Shown here piece by piece: positions 10,069 through 20,106 of a stretch of 64,000 nucleotides of DNA (positions within the stretch are counted from its first letter, which is position 1; each line of letters begins with the position of its first letter). This DNA is from Candidatus Limnocylindrales bacterium (GTDB taxonomy: Bacteria > Moduliflexota > Moduliflexia > Moduliflexales > JAUQPW01), in NCBI GenBank assembly GCA_035559535.1, contig DATMBG010000025.1:1-64000 (forward strand), given 5' to 3'. Under the pieces are notes generated by a model. That model did not search any database and was not told the origin of the DNA. It saw only the letters and a list, made by a program, of their open reading frames with translations. A program made the translations under genes and the position numbers.

Positions 10069-10203
10069 AAAAATTCCCACCCTCTCCCGAATTGGCCGTC
10101 CGAAAAATCTACTCAACCTGGGGAGATATCCGGGCTGGGAACCTTTACCAGAGACGACCTGGGCCTCTAAGTGGATCATCCCGGAGATCTTCTATTTTTT
10201 AGC

Positions 10204-11133
10204 CTACCCTCCTTCCGTTGTCATCTTCCGTTTCTTATGCCAATTCCTTCTTAATTTTCTAAGTCGTAAAATCATCCCCCTTTGCTTAAAATTCTGGATA
10301 AGGTTTCTACTGCCCAAGACCCAGTATCCAAAACCAACAACCAGGAGACCGAGAAGGACCATGGCTTTCAACCACGAATAGTCTCGATTTCGTACGGTTC
10401 TCCAAAAGACTAGAAACCTCTCCCTCTGGGTCAAGGGTCTGGCAGCTACAATCTTACGGTATTTTTGACTGCTCTTTCCGTAAATAAAAACTTTCTGGAA
10501 ATGTTTACCGACCCCATCGATTTCCAGGTGCCGTACCCGAATTTGGGGAGAATAATGAACCACTTCGCAAGAATACTTGGCCATACATTGGTGAATGAAA
10601 ATGGTATCAGATCCTCGGATCCTTTCGACAAATGGCCCTATTTCGGCAAATAGTTCCTTTCGAATGGCCATATTTCCTGCATAGCCGTAATAGAGTTCTT
10701 TTATTTTACTGGTGAAGACATAGTGGTCTTTTTCATTCTCATAGTCGGCCAGCAGGGAGAGTAAAAAAGAGTCTCTGGCAAATCGGAGACTTCCTATGAC
10801 GATGCCAACCTCGGGATGGGCCATGGCCTCCTTTATTCCCTGTAACCAGTCCTTGAAGGGGACACAATCGGAGTCGGTAAAGGCAATAATCTTACCCTTT
10901 GCCTCCCGGACCCCTCGGTTACGGGCTGCGTAAGCCCCTCGCCTTCCTTCCGAGATCAGCCTGACCCGGGGATATCGTTTCACAATCCTGACTGAGGCGT
11001 CGGTGGAATTATTATCAACCATGACAATCTCATACCGTTCCCGGGGATAGTCCTGGGAAAGTAATCCTTCAATACACTCCATAAGATATCGCTCCGAATT
11101 GTGGAAGGGTACAACAATGGAAACGTCTATCAT
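10204..11133 (-). CDS. glycosyltransferase family 2
   Basis: VSIVVPFHN, VDNNSTD, AARNRG, FTDSDC. Confidence 0.92.
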   Translation of the reverse strand: MIDVSIVVPFHNSERYLMECIEGLLSQDYPRERYEIVMVDNNSTDASVRIVKRYPRVRLISEGRRGAYAARNRGVREAKGKIIAFTDSDCVPFKDWLQGIKEAMAHPEVGIVIGSLRFARDSFLLSLLADYENEKDHYVFTSKIKELYYGYAGNMAIRKELFAEIGPFVERIRGSDTIFIHQCMAKYSCEVVHYSPQIRVRHLEIDGVGKHFQKVFIYGKSSQKYRKIVAARPLTQRERFLVFWRTVRNRDYSWLKAMVLLGLLVVGFGYWVLGSRNLIQNFKQRGMILRLRKLRRNWHKKRKMTTEGG

Positions 11134-11549
11134 AACTATCCTCTTGTGGATATCGGAGAAAAAATTCTCAAACCCTGGCCTTTACACCCACCCGGTAAAT
11201 GGATTTCAGAATTTTCTACTCCTCAAGTTTTTCCCGGATGCCCTCCTCCAGCTTTTACCTGGTATTGGCTTTAACCAGAATCACAGGGTTTTATTTTTGA
11301 CCCAAAACCTATAAGAATAGTTTTTATAGATCTAAATTAACTTTATCTAACTAATAAAAATCTAAACTAGTCCAAGAATATTAGTTACCTTTACAAGGTA
11401 TAAACTTACATAATTTAATTAAAGATATTTACAATTCTTTTTTATTAAGAAGTAGGTTTTCTTACAGATTCAGGTTTTATAATCCTATTTTTTCTCGTCT
11501 TCTCCTCCCAACAGATCGGAGGCTCTTCCCCGTCGGACTAAAGCAGGCC

Positions 11550-13187
11550 CTAAGGGGGATGGAATAAATCATCAAACTGAATTTTAATGGAGTCCCCCAT
11601 AAGGGGAATATTCATCGTGAGGATTCTTCCCCTGACCGGAGGAACATAGTCTTTGTACTCATAAATGGCCAGCGTAACCCCCTGGAGCGTAGAACGGTTA
11701 GAAGAGATGGGGATTCTTTTACGTAACACAAATTTATCCGTTTTAACTTCTTCCCTTAGCCATTCTAAGGGGGAGGATTTAAACGGTTTATCCTCCATGA
11801 CCACATACCCTACGCCAAAATTCCGAAGGATCTCATAGATCTGATCTCGACGGGTAATCCGTTCTTCAACAATGTAATCCATCCGGGAAGTGACCAGCAT
11901 CTTATCGGCCCGAAGCACAATCAAATCTCGATAGGGGTCGTGTTTTCTGGTGAAAAATACAAAGTAGCCGGAATCTATATCGGCGCTGAATAAAATGCTT
12001 TCTCCCTTTCTATTCTCGGTTACATACTGGGCTGCTGATTCGTACCCTTCGGCATATTCAGGTTGGGATAGAAAAGCAAGGTATGTTTGATAGGCCACAG
12101 TGAAAATAAGAAGGGAGGAAAGAAGAATTTTCCAGGAACGATAGGGAAAAAGATGAACGGAGGTGGCCGCAAAAAGACAAAAAGCCGGAATCCAATAAAT
12201 GCTATAGCGAGCCTCCCTGGCCCCGGTACAGGTAATTTCTACGTAAAAGATCCCGATCCACAGTAAAAATAAGATGGCCCGTTTATCCCTTCGGTATAAG
12301 GATCCGCCCAGAGAAACCAGACTAAGGATCAAAACCGGTAAAGTCAGTTGCTCTTGCCAGAGAGCCCGGGGATAATACAGGATAGGGGATAATCCGACTC
12401 TGGAAGATAGAGACTTCTGGGCTACCCAGGAGATATTGGTCTGGGAAAATTTAAGGGTTAAGGGAATAAGGGGAAGAAGAAGCAAAAAAGTAAGAATGAC
12501 GGCCAGAATGACTTCTTTTGCCAGGAGCTTCCGAACCCCCCGGGTCAAAAGGAGATAAAGCAAGAAGATGGGAAGCATGAAGATGGCCAGATGTTTGGCG
12601 TAGACGCTTAATGAGAAGCTTATCGCAAAGGCATAGGCATATTTGCTTTTATCTGTTTGAACAAATCTATAAAAGAAATACGCGGTGACCAGGATAAGAG
12701 CTAGAGTGGGAATCTCAGATAGAACAACTCTAGAGAAGCCGACGATAAAAGGAGTGGTTGCAAATAAGGCAGACGAAAACAAAGCAATCTTTTCATCGTA
12801 GAGGGTTTTTATTAAGAAAAACCAGGCGATAACCGCCCCCAACATAAAGAAGACAATGGCCCACCTTGCGGAAAAGACGGAAACTCCTAAAACTGTATAA
12901 AAAGGAACTTCGGCCACACTTAAGAGGAGGGGATGATGTCCCAGGGAAAGGGCCGGGTACCTTGCATAGTATTGGTAGGTATACGCCATGGCATGGGTAA
13001 GGGGGAGATCCTTTAGGAGATCATAAAAGTAAACCCCGTTCATGAGATACCGGGGCATATCTCCTTGGAGAGAGACAATCTCCTCGTGGGTTATCCCTTT
13101 TGTTGCCAGCAGAAGCACCAGACTACCCAGGAGAAGGAGATATAGAATTGATTGAACCGAACGGTGATAAGAATTCCCTAATTCCAT
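11550..13187 (-). CDS. GT-C fold membrane glycosyltransferase (ArnT/PMT_2 family)
   Basis: Multi-TM protein with HHPLL, SRVVLSEIP, AK and EARY motifs. Confidence 0.8.
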   Translation of the reverse strand: MELGNSYHRSVQSILYLLLLGSLVLLLATKGITHEEIVSLQGDMPRYLMNGVYFYDLLKDLPLTHAMAYTYQYYARYPALSLGHHPLLLSVAEVPFYTVLGVSVFSARWAIVFFMLGAVIAWFFLIKTLYDEKIALFSSALFATTPFIVGFSRVVLSEIPTLALILVTAYFFYRFVQTDKSKYAYAFAISFSLSVYAKHLAIFMLPIFLLYLLLTRGVRKLLAKEVILAVILTFLLLLPLIPLTLKFSQTNISWVAQKSLSSRVGLSPILYYPRALWQEQLTLPVLILSLVSLGGSLYRRDKRAILFLLWIGIFYVEITCTGAREARYSIYWIPAFCLFAATSVHLFPYRSWKILLSSLLIFTVAYQTYLAFLSQPEYAEGYESAAQYVTENRKGESILFSADIDSGYFVFFTRKHDPYRDLIVLRADKMLVTSRMDYIVEERITRRDQIYEILRNFGVGYVVMEDKPFKSSPLEWLREEVKTDKFVLRKRIPISSNRSTLQGVTLAIYEYKDYVPPVRGRILTMNIPLMGDSIKIQFDDLFHPP

Positions 13188-13368
13188 AGAAAAGTCCTAC
13201 CCAACTTCCTTATATTATTTATAAAATATTACCCCGGTAATTGTAAAGGTAGCCCCATGTAGGGTCCCTCCTTGCTGGGCAACCTCACCGCTATGGGGGA
13301 CAGTCCTGAGCCCCTACCAGACTGCATCCGGGCCAGGACCTCCGCAGAGGAATCTTGACGATATCCTT

Positions 13369-13396
13369 GTACGGGCGCAAGGCTTTGCGCCCTTAC
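13369..13396. repeat. REP-like palindrome
   Basis: gtacgggcgcaa-ggct-ttgcgcccttac; similar palindromes at about 44090-44114, 54184-54208 and 54271-54295. Confidence 0.6.
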
Positions 13397-13414
13397 GGTC
13401 TCTTCTCATAGGGA

Positions 13415-13505
13415 CTTTCAGGGATAGATTTTTTCTAACCTGACCCCCTTCCCTCGCAGGGAAGGGGAGTCGGAGGGGTCAGATTCCAAAAATCTACCCC
13501 CAAAG
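13415..13505. mobile_element. MITE-like element (short member of the 35899-36196 family)
   Basis: Imperfect TIR ctttcagggatagattttt / aaaaatctacccccaaag; interior ctaacctgaccccc..ggagtcggaggggtc aligns with the ends of 35899-36196. Confidence 0.6.
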
Positions 13506-13506
13506 G

Positions 13507-15381
13507 TTACCCGGGGTTCCAAGGTTTGGTTTGATCTTCTTCTTGAACCTGCCGTCGTATCAGAGAAGCATAGGCCCCCATCATCCAGTTTCTGAGCCAG
13601 GCACCTCCATATCCCAGTCCGAACCCCACCAATCCCATCTCCACAAGACCCGTGAAGGCACCCTCCCAGGTTACCTTAAATCCCGGTAGATATTGACCCA
13701 GCAAGGATAAATTTGGCCTAATCAGAGGACCTCCCTTCAGAAGAAGTATCCCCACGGCCAGAAAGGTTCCTATTCCTCCAACCGAGCCTAAGGCAATTCC
13801 CATGGCGAGAGGATCTAGCTTTGCGAAGGCAGCCTCGATGATTTTGTCCGGGGATAGAGGCTGATCAGTTTCCCTTGGGCCTACACAGGTCGGAATCAGA
13901 CGGTCTCCACCTCCTTTCAAAAAATCTATCTTCTCTGAAAGGATCGACTTCCGGGTCTTGGCTTCCTCTCGGATCTCTTCATGGTACTCCATCTCCGTGT
14001 TTACCGACCAGACATCGTGTTTTTCACCCACAATGTTTTGTGCAGCGTAAATTCCCGTTAGCATAGAGTGATCCTGATTATTATAGCGATGAAGTCCATT
14101 TCGACCGATGGTTTGAAGATTTGAGAAAGTTTCCAGATAGGTTCTCAGGGTTCTCAAATTTTCGTGATAGTTCTGATCATAGACCGGATAGGCTTTTTTC
14201 ATACGAACCACGGTTCCATCTTCTACCTCTCCGGGATCCACCAACCCGATCTGTGTGCACTCTTTAATTCCCAATTCTATGAGCTGATCTTGGGACCAAT
14301 GCCACGGGTCATCCTTATCCCATAGAAAATATTCAAGTCCCAGGGAGGTTCGTGAGGGATCCGGAACCATATCGGGACTCCAGTTCTTGTAATTTTGGAT
14401 TCGCCCCATCCTGACCTCCGGGGAATGAATATAAATCCAATTATCTGGAAAAACGGATTCCCGTCGAACGATAAGTACGACGGTCAGATAATCCCGGTAA
14501 CGAAGGTAATTGGCAGCCCTTAAGACTTCCTCCGGTGGCCTGGGATCCAGGGCCTGGATAAGCTCCCGAAGGGGCATGGTAGAGATAAAATGCTCACCGT
14601 CAAACTCAACCAACTCACCAGAGTCGGTACGACCATACACGCACTCCACCCGTCCCTGGCGGTGTCGTATTTTCTCAACCTTTACGCCCCGAATCGTCCT
14701 GTGACCTTTGGCAGCCAGGAGTTCTTCGCAACGCTCCCACATCATACCGGGTCCGAGCCGGGGATAATTAAAACGCTCGATAAGTGTGGTGATAATTTGT
14801 CCGTCCCGGGTTCGCCCGGAACCCAGCAGGGCGTTCCTTATGGCTTCATACAAAGACAGGTTTTTAATGCGTTGTGAAGCCCAATCTGCAGAAATCTCCG
14901 TACAGGGGATGCCCCAGACCTTCTCGGTATAAGTTTTAAAGAAGATCTGATATAAGCGATAGCCAAACCGATTGGATACCCACTGCTCAAAGGTGGTCTC
15001 TTCTTCACTGGGAAACAGTCTGGCTTTGGTATAGCTTACCCCAACCAGGAAAGCTTCTACGGGCCCTAATCCCGTCAGTGCATTGGCTGCTTTCAAGGGA
15101 TAATCAAAAAAATGCCCTCTATAGTGGATCCGTGAAAGCCGCGGTCGGACCAGGAAGTCTTCAGAAAGGATTTCCCGCCATATTTCATTGATGAGGGGAA
15201 TTTTAGAAAAAAATCGATGCCCTCCAATATCAAACCGATAACCTCGATAGTTAACGGTACGCGAGAGGCCCCCCACTTGCTGATCGGCTTCCAGGATCGT
15301 AGAAGGTACATTGAGTTTGGATAACTCATAGGCTGCAGTTAATCCGGCAGGTCCTGCTCCAATAATGAGGGTATGTGACAT
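13507..15381 (-). CDS. NAD(P)/FAD-dependent oxidoreductase (protoporphyrinogen oxidase / UDP-galactopyranose mutase-like) with C-terminal membrane domain
   Basis: IIGAGPAGL, GGLSRT, FDIGGHRF, AYPVY, GRNGLHRYNNQDH; start MSHTL chosen for its aggag RBS (ORF track start 15417). Confidence 0.85.
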   Translation of the reverse strand: MSHTLIIGAGPAGLTAAYELSKLNVPSTILEADQQVGGLSRTVNYRGYRFDIGGHRFFSKIPLINEIWREILSEDFLVRPRLSRIHYRGHFFDYPLKAANALTGLGPVEAFLVGVSYTKARLFPSEEETTFEQWVSNRFGYRLYQIFFKTYTEKVWGIPCTEISADWASQRIKNLSLYEAIRNALLGSGRTRDGQIITTLIERFNYPRLGPGMMWERCEELLAAKGHRTIRGVKVEKIRHRQGRVECVYGRTDSGELVEFDGEHFISTMPLRELIQALDPRPPEEVLRAANYLRYRDYLTVVLIVRRESVFPDNWIYIHSPEVRMGRIQNYKNWSPDMVPDPSRTSLGLEYFLWDKDDPWHWSQDQLIELGIKECTQIGLVDPGEVEDGTVVRMKKAYPVYDQNYHENLRTLRTYLETFSNLQTIGRNGLHRYNNQDHSMLTGIYAAQNIVGEKHDVWSVNTEMEYHEEIREEAKTRKSILSEKIDFLKGGGDRLIPTCVGPRETDQPLSPDKIIEAAFAKLDPLAMGIALGSVGGIGTFLAVGILLLKGGPLIRPNLSLLGQYLPGFKVTWEGAFTGLVEMGLVGFGLGYGGAWLRNWMMGAYASLIRRQVQEEDQTKPWNPG

Positions 15382-15422
15382 ATTTTCTTTTCTCCTAGTT
15401 TTTATCAAGTTTTTCATATTCT

Positions 15423-15438
15423 ACAATTTGTATGCCAG
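15423..15438 (-). promoter_or_regulatory. possible sigma-54 promoter
   Basis: Minus strand TGGCAT-acaaa-TTGT about 40 nt upstream of ATG 15381, with an AT-rich upstream tract. Confidence 0.4.
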
Positions 15439-15811
15439 TTATATTTTATGCATTAAAATAGAAAAATATAGCTAATATTATCTAATTAAGATATTTTTAG
15501 TCTGAAAATTTTAAAATAGGTGAAGGGCTCTGTAGGGAGGAAAAAGCGAAGATGGGAGAAAATCCCGTCATATCCTTATCCCCATGGATTCAGAGTTTCT
15601 GACGGTCGGATAGGGAATAATCCAAAATTATTTCGAAAGAAGCAAAAGGAAGGACTTTGAAGGGTTAAACTTCACCCTCTTAGGGGAGGAAGAAAGGAGT
15701 TGTTAGGCCACGAAATCCTCTGAATAAATTCCGGTTATCTCTTCGGAATTCCCCCCAGATGACTTGGGGTTTAACTTCACCCTTTTCCCGAGGGGGATAA
15801 GGGGTACCCTC

Positions 15812-16705
15812 CTATCGGCTCAGTCTGGTCAGGTAAATTCCTCCCAAAATGGCGATTCCTCCAAGATCTTGCAAAAGCGTTAAGCGCTCTCCTAAGAAAA
15901 GCCAGGCAAAAACTACGGATACGACTGGAGTTAAATTACTATAGACCGCCGTTTTGGCACTCCCTATTTTTTTCAACCCCATATGCCAGATAATATAAGA
16001 ACCGGCAATGGCTAGACTGAAGGAATACCCAAACCCGAGCCAGCCGTAGAAACTTACCCGGCTCCAGTCCTGATGTGCCAGCTCCTTCACCGAAGCCAGG
16101 ATCAGGAAAGGAGTTCCACAGGCCATGATACAGGTGGTTACTTTAAGATAGGAATATTTTTGAAGAAGCGGTTTAGAAAAGACGATACGAACAGACCAGA
16201 AAAAAGCTGCTGCCAGCGTCAGCAAATCTCCTTGCAAATACTCCTTAGAAAAACTTAAACCTTTTCCCTGGGCTCCACCCAGGATGATAAGAAAAACCCC
16301 TAGAAAGGAAAGTAAAATTCCGTACCAATTAAAAAGAGAAACCTTTTCCAATCGAAAAATTACGTTTAATAGGGCCACAAAGACAGGCCCTATGGACAGG
16401 ATAAGGGCCGAATTACTGGCCGTGGTAAGATAAATTCCCTTGATAAAAAAAATCTGATGCAGGGTATTCCCTATAAAACCCAGGAATAAAAACTTGGGCC
16501 AATCCCTTCGATCCACGGTCAGATCTTTCTCCGTCAGCCGAAGAATACTAAACACTAACGTTACAGCCAGTGCAAATCGTAAACTGTTAAAACTCAGGGG
16601 GGACATCTCCCGCAGGGTTGTTTTAACAATGGAAAAATTAATTCCCCAAATGAATACAACTCCTAACAACCAGAGATCAACAGAAGAGAAATGCTTTCCC
16701 ATCAA
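15812..16705 (-). CDS. DMT/EamA family transporter
   Basis: IWGINF, RF, LFLGE, two EamA repeats, about 10 TM. Confidence 0.9.
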   Translation of the reverse strand: MMGKHFSSVDLWLLGVVFIWGINFSIVKTTLREMSPLSFNSLRFALAVTLVFSILRLTEKDLTVDRRDWPKFLFLGFIGNTLHQIFFIKGIYLTTASNSALILSIGPVFVALLNVIFRLEKVSLFNWYGILLSFLGVFLIILGGAQGKGLSFSKEYLQGDLLTLAAAFFWSVRIVFSKPLLQKYSYLKVTTCIMACGTPFLILASVKELAHQDWSRVSFYGWLGFGYSFSLAIAGSYIIWHMGLKKIGSAKTAVYSNLTPVVSVVFAWLFLGERLTLLQDLGGIAILGGIYLTRLSR

Positions 16706-16768
16706 AGTATAGAGTACAGAGGTACAGGGTTAAACTTTATCTCCCCGTATCGGTACCCATCAGCCACT

Positions 16769-17473
16769 TTACAATCCCAGATATGCCTTCTGCACATGGA
16801 TATTCTGGAGCAGTTCTGCCCCGGTTCCCTCGAGGACTATGCGCCCGTTTTGCAGAACATACCCGCGGGTGGAGATTCCCAGGGCATGAAAGATATTCTG
16901 TTCTACAAGTAGAATGGTAGTTCCGGATCGATTCACTTCTTTAATCACTTCAAACATATTTTTAACCACCTGAGGAGCGAGACCTAAAGAAGGCTCATCC
17001 AGCAGGAGCAATTGGGGTAAAGACATTAATCCTCGTCCGATAGCCAGCATCTGTTGTTCACCTCCACTTAAGGTACCGGCAATCTGATATTTTCGTTCCT
17101 CTAAAATAGGAAAGAGCCGAAATATCCGGGCAAGGGTTTCTTTCCTCTTTTGTCGGGCCCTGGGTACATAAGCGCCTAATTCCAGATTTTCTAATACTGT
17201 CAGTGTGGTAAAGAGCTTTCGTCCTTCTGGAATATGACTGATACCGGCTTCTACAATTTGAGCCGGTGATTTATTTTCAATGGGTTCACCCCGAAATCTT
17301 AGCCTTCCAGATCGGGGATGTAGAAGTCCGGAGATGGTCTTCAAAAGCGTTGTTTTTCCGGCTCCATTCGCGCCAACGATGGATACAATTTCCCCTGAAT
17401 CGATCTTTAACGAGACATCCCATAGGACTTGTAGATCTCCGTAGTAAACCTGTATACACTCGATCTCCAGCAT
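16769..17473 (-). CDS. livF: branched-chain amino acid ABC transporter ATP-binding protein
   Basis: GANGAGKT, PEGR, LSGGEQQMLAIGR, LDEPSLGLAP, VEQN. Confidence 0.93.
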   Translation of the reverse strand: MLEIECIQVYYGDLQVLWDVSLKIDSGEIVSIVGANGAGKTTLLKTISGLLHPRSGRLRFRGEPIENKSPAQIVEAGISHIPEGRKLFTTLTVLENLELGAYVPRARQKRKETLARIFRLFPILEERKYQIAGTLSGGEQQMLAIGRGLMSLPQLLLLDEPSLGLAPQVVKNMFEVIKEVNRSGTTILLVEQNIFHALGISTRGYVLQNGRIVLEGTGAELLQNIHVQKAYLGL

Positions 17474-17488
17474 ATTCCTCTTCTTCTC

Positions 17489-18205
17489 TCAGAGGACCTC
17501 TCCCAAATAAGCTTCGACAACCCTTTTATCCCTGGAAACCATCTCCGGGCTCCCATCGGCAATTTTCTCTCCGTGGTGGAGGACTACGATTCGATCGGAG
17601 AGGGACATAACCGCCTTCAAGACATGTTCGATGATCAGAATGGTGATGCCCTGCTCTCGGATTTTACGGATAAGCTGGATCATCCGGTCCACTTCCGTAG
17701 GATTAAGTCCTGCCAGGACCTCATCCAAAAGGAGCAGGTCTGGCTGCGTAGCCAGGGCCCGGGCCATCTCTAAACGCTTCCGGTCTGAAATCGTCAGGGT
17801 TTTCGCAAGAAATCCCCTTTTCTCAAAGAGTCCTAGGGATTTAAGGATCTCTGAGGCCCGAAGACGGGCTTCTGGAACTCCCCGGGTTCGATTGAAAGCC
17901 CCTATCAGGACATTTTCAAAGGTAGTCAGGTTGGGAAAGGGTTGTACGATCTGAAAAGTTCGGGCGAGGCCCAGTTGACAAATTTCATGGGGGGTTCGTC
18001 CTATAAGGGATAGACCTTTGAAGAAGATTTCTCCTTCATCAGGTTTCAGATACCCCGAAATGAGACTGAACAGCGTGGTCTTTCCGGCCCCATTGGGTCC
18101 GATGACCCCGACGATCTCCCCTTTATCTACCTGGAGATCGACCCCGGCCACGGCTTTCAATCCTCCGAAGGATTTGGTTAATCTGTGAACTTCCAACAGG
18201 CTCAT
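17489..18205 (-). CDS. livG: branched-chain amino acid ABC transporter ATP-binding protein
   Basis: FGGLKAV, GPNGAGKT, ARTFQ, LLDEVLAGLN, IEH, AYLG. Confidence 0.93.
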   Translation of the reverse strand: MSLLEVHRLTKSFGGLKAVAGVDLQVDKGEIVGVIGPNGAGKTTLFSLISGYLKPDEGEIFFKGLSLIGRTPHEICQLGLARTFQIVQPFPNLTTFENVLIGAFNRTRGVPEARLRASEILKSLGLFEKRGFLAKTLTISDRKRLEMARALATQPDLLLLDEVLAGLNPTEVDRMIQLIRKIREQGITILIIEHVLKAVMSLSDRIVVLHHGEKIADGSPEMVSRDKRVVEAYLGEVL

Positions 18206-19155
18206 CGGTTTTTGTATCTGGCCATTTTCTCCCTCATCCAGGTAGCAACCCCTTGAGGCAGAAAAAGGACGATAAAGATGAGCACGGCCCCGTAGATAAT
18301 CAAGGGGAGCCCCTCCAGTCCCCCCTTTGTAAAGTAGGTTCGGGAAAGCTCCGAGAGAGGGGTTAAAATAAAAGAACCAATAAGCGGTCCAAAGAGAGTT
18401 CCGCTTCCACCCACCAGAGCCCGGATCATAATTTCTATGGAAAGGGATACTCCCAGGGTAGTTTCAGGATCAATGTACTTTAAATACTGGGCATAAAAGG
18501 TACCCCCCAGGGCAGTCAGAAAAGCACTGAGGGCCAGAGCTAAGAGTTTATAACGGGCTGTAGCCACCCCGCTCCCCTCGGCGGCCAACTCATTTTCTCG
18601 GATGGCCTTGAAATAGAAGCCGGATTTGGAAGCTTCCAGTTTATGGGAAATAATCAATATAAAAATCGTTAATCCGAGGATAATGTAATAGTACGGTCCC
18701 CGGCTGGAAAACTGAAATTGCCAGGGAGAGATATGCGCCGAAAGGTAAATCCCGGTCGGACCTCCCAGGATGTCTAAACTTAATGTAATCAACCGAAGAA
18801 GCTCTGCAAAGGCCCAGGTAATCAGTACGAAATAAAATCCCCTCAAACCAAACCGAAAGCTTAAACTTCCCATAAAAAGCGCAAAAACTGTCGCCAGCAA
18901 AGCCCCTATCCACATACCCAGCCAGGGCGTTAGGTGCCATTTCATAAAGAGCAGGGAAGAGGTATAAGCTCCGATTCCAAAAAAAGCGGCATGCCCTAAA
19001 GAAAGCTGACCCGCATACCCTCCCAGAATATTCCAACAACTACTCAGGTAAGCATAATAAAAAACCGAAATGAGGATCGTGAGGAAATAAGAATCCACCA
19101 CTAAAGGGAGAATGAGAAAAATAGCTAATCCGAGTAATGCCGGCAGGTATTTCAC
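18202..19155 (-). CDS. livM: branched-chain amino acid ABC transporter permease
   Basis: GYAGQLSLGHAAFFGIGAY, AIRENE, GGSGTLFGP. Confidence 0.92.
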   Translation of the reverse strand: MKYLPALLGLAIFLILPLVVDSYFLTILISVFYYAYLSSCWNILGGYAGQLSLGHAAFFGIGAYTSSLLFMKWHLTPWLGMWIGALLATVFALFMGSLSFRFGLRGFYFVLITWAFAELLRLITLSLDILGGPTGIYLSAHISPWQFQFSSRGPYYYIILGLTIFILIISHKLEASKSGFYFKAIRENELAAEGSGVATARYKLLALALSAFLTALGGTFYAQYLKYIDPETTLGVSLSIEIMIRALVGGSGTLFGPLIGSFILTPLSELSRTYFTKGGLEGLPLIIYGAVLIFIVLFLPQGVATWMREKMARYKNR

Positions 19156-19158
19156 AGA

Positions 19159-20019
19159 TTAATTTCCAAACAATCCCCTGGGTTTAAAAAGTAAGACCAA
19201 CACCAGAAGGGTGGTACTCACCACAGATTTGAGAGAACTGGATAACAGAATCGCTCCCACCGATTCCGCTACACCTACCAGGAGTCCTCCAATCAACGCA
19301 CCGGACAAACTCCCCATTCCGCCCAAAATGATGATGGTAAAAGCCACCATTGTAAACGGGGGACCAACATGGGGCGTCAGATCATAAAAGGGAATAATTA
19401 GCGAGCCGGCGGCTCCTACGCAGGCAGCTCCAATTCCAAAGGAGATAGGATAAATTCTATTAATTTCAATTCCCACCAACAAAGCGGCTTCCGGGTCATC
19501 TGCAGAGGCCCGGATAGCTCTACCCAACTCCGTTTTCTTCAAGAGTAAATAGAGGAGGAAAGTAAAGAAAAGCGCAGATAAAAAGGCCACCACCCGGGGA
19601 AGGTCCAGAACAATCTCCCCTATCCACAAGGTTTCCAGGGAATAGCCGGTGATGACCGATCGGACATTAGGTCCCCAGAGTAGTAACGCGCTATTTGTCA
19701 GGATGAGGGATACCCCCAGAGTAACCAGAATCTGCATATGTTCTGAGGCGTGCAAAATGGGATTGATCAAAAATCGTTGGATGAGAAATCCAAGCAAAAA
19801 AAGTAAGAAGACGCTGACCGGGATTGAAAGATAAGGATCTATTCCGGCCAAAGTAAACAGCCAATAGCTGATGGCCATTCCCAGCATCATCATGTCTCCA
19901 TGGGCCAGGTTAACCACCTTCATCACCCCAAAGATAAGGGTAAGCCCGGTGGCCATCAAGCCATAAACGCCACCCATCAGAAAACCACTCGCGATAGCCT
20001 GTAAGAGCAGGGAAGTCAT
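19159..20019 (-). CDS. livH: branched-chain amino acid ABC transporter permease
   Basis: GLTLIFGVMKVVNLAHG, GRAIRA, LGGMGS, KPRGLFG. Confidence 0.92.
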   Translation of the reverse strand: MTSLLLQAIASGFLMGGVYGLMATGLTLIFGVMKVVNLAHGDMMMLGMAISYWLFTLAGIDPYLSIPVSVFLLFLLGFLIQRFLINPILHASEHMQILVTLGVSLILTNSALLLWGPNVRSVITGYSLETLWIGEIVLDLPRVVAFLSALFFTFLLYLLLKKTELGRAIRASADDPEAALLVGIEINRIYPISFGIGAACVGAAGSLIIPFYDLTPHVGPPFTMVAFTIIILGGMGSLSGALIGGLLVGVAESVGAILLSSSLKSVVSTTLLVLVLLFKPRGLFGN

Positions 20020-20106
20020 GGAGTTTTATTTGTAAAGAACTGTGAGATCGTAATGACGGAAACCACAGCTAATCCCGAAAAGCCATATCGGAACTTCAGG
20101 TTCGGA

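Noticed and set aside
15661-15785. Direct repeat gggtt(a/t)aacttcaccct, two copies about 105 bp apart, with a partial copy near 16727
   Set aside because: Too few copies to distinguish an att site, TSD or operator from repeat debris.
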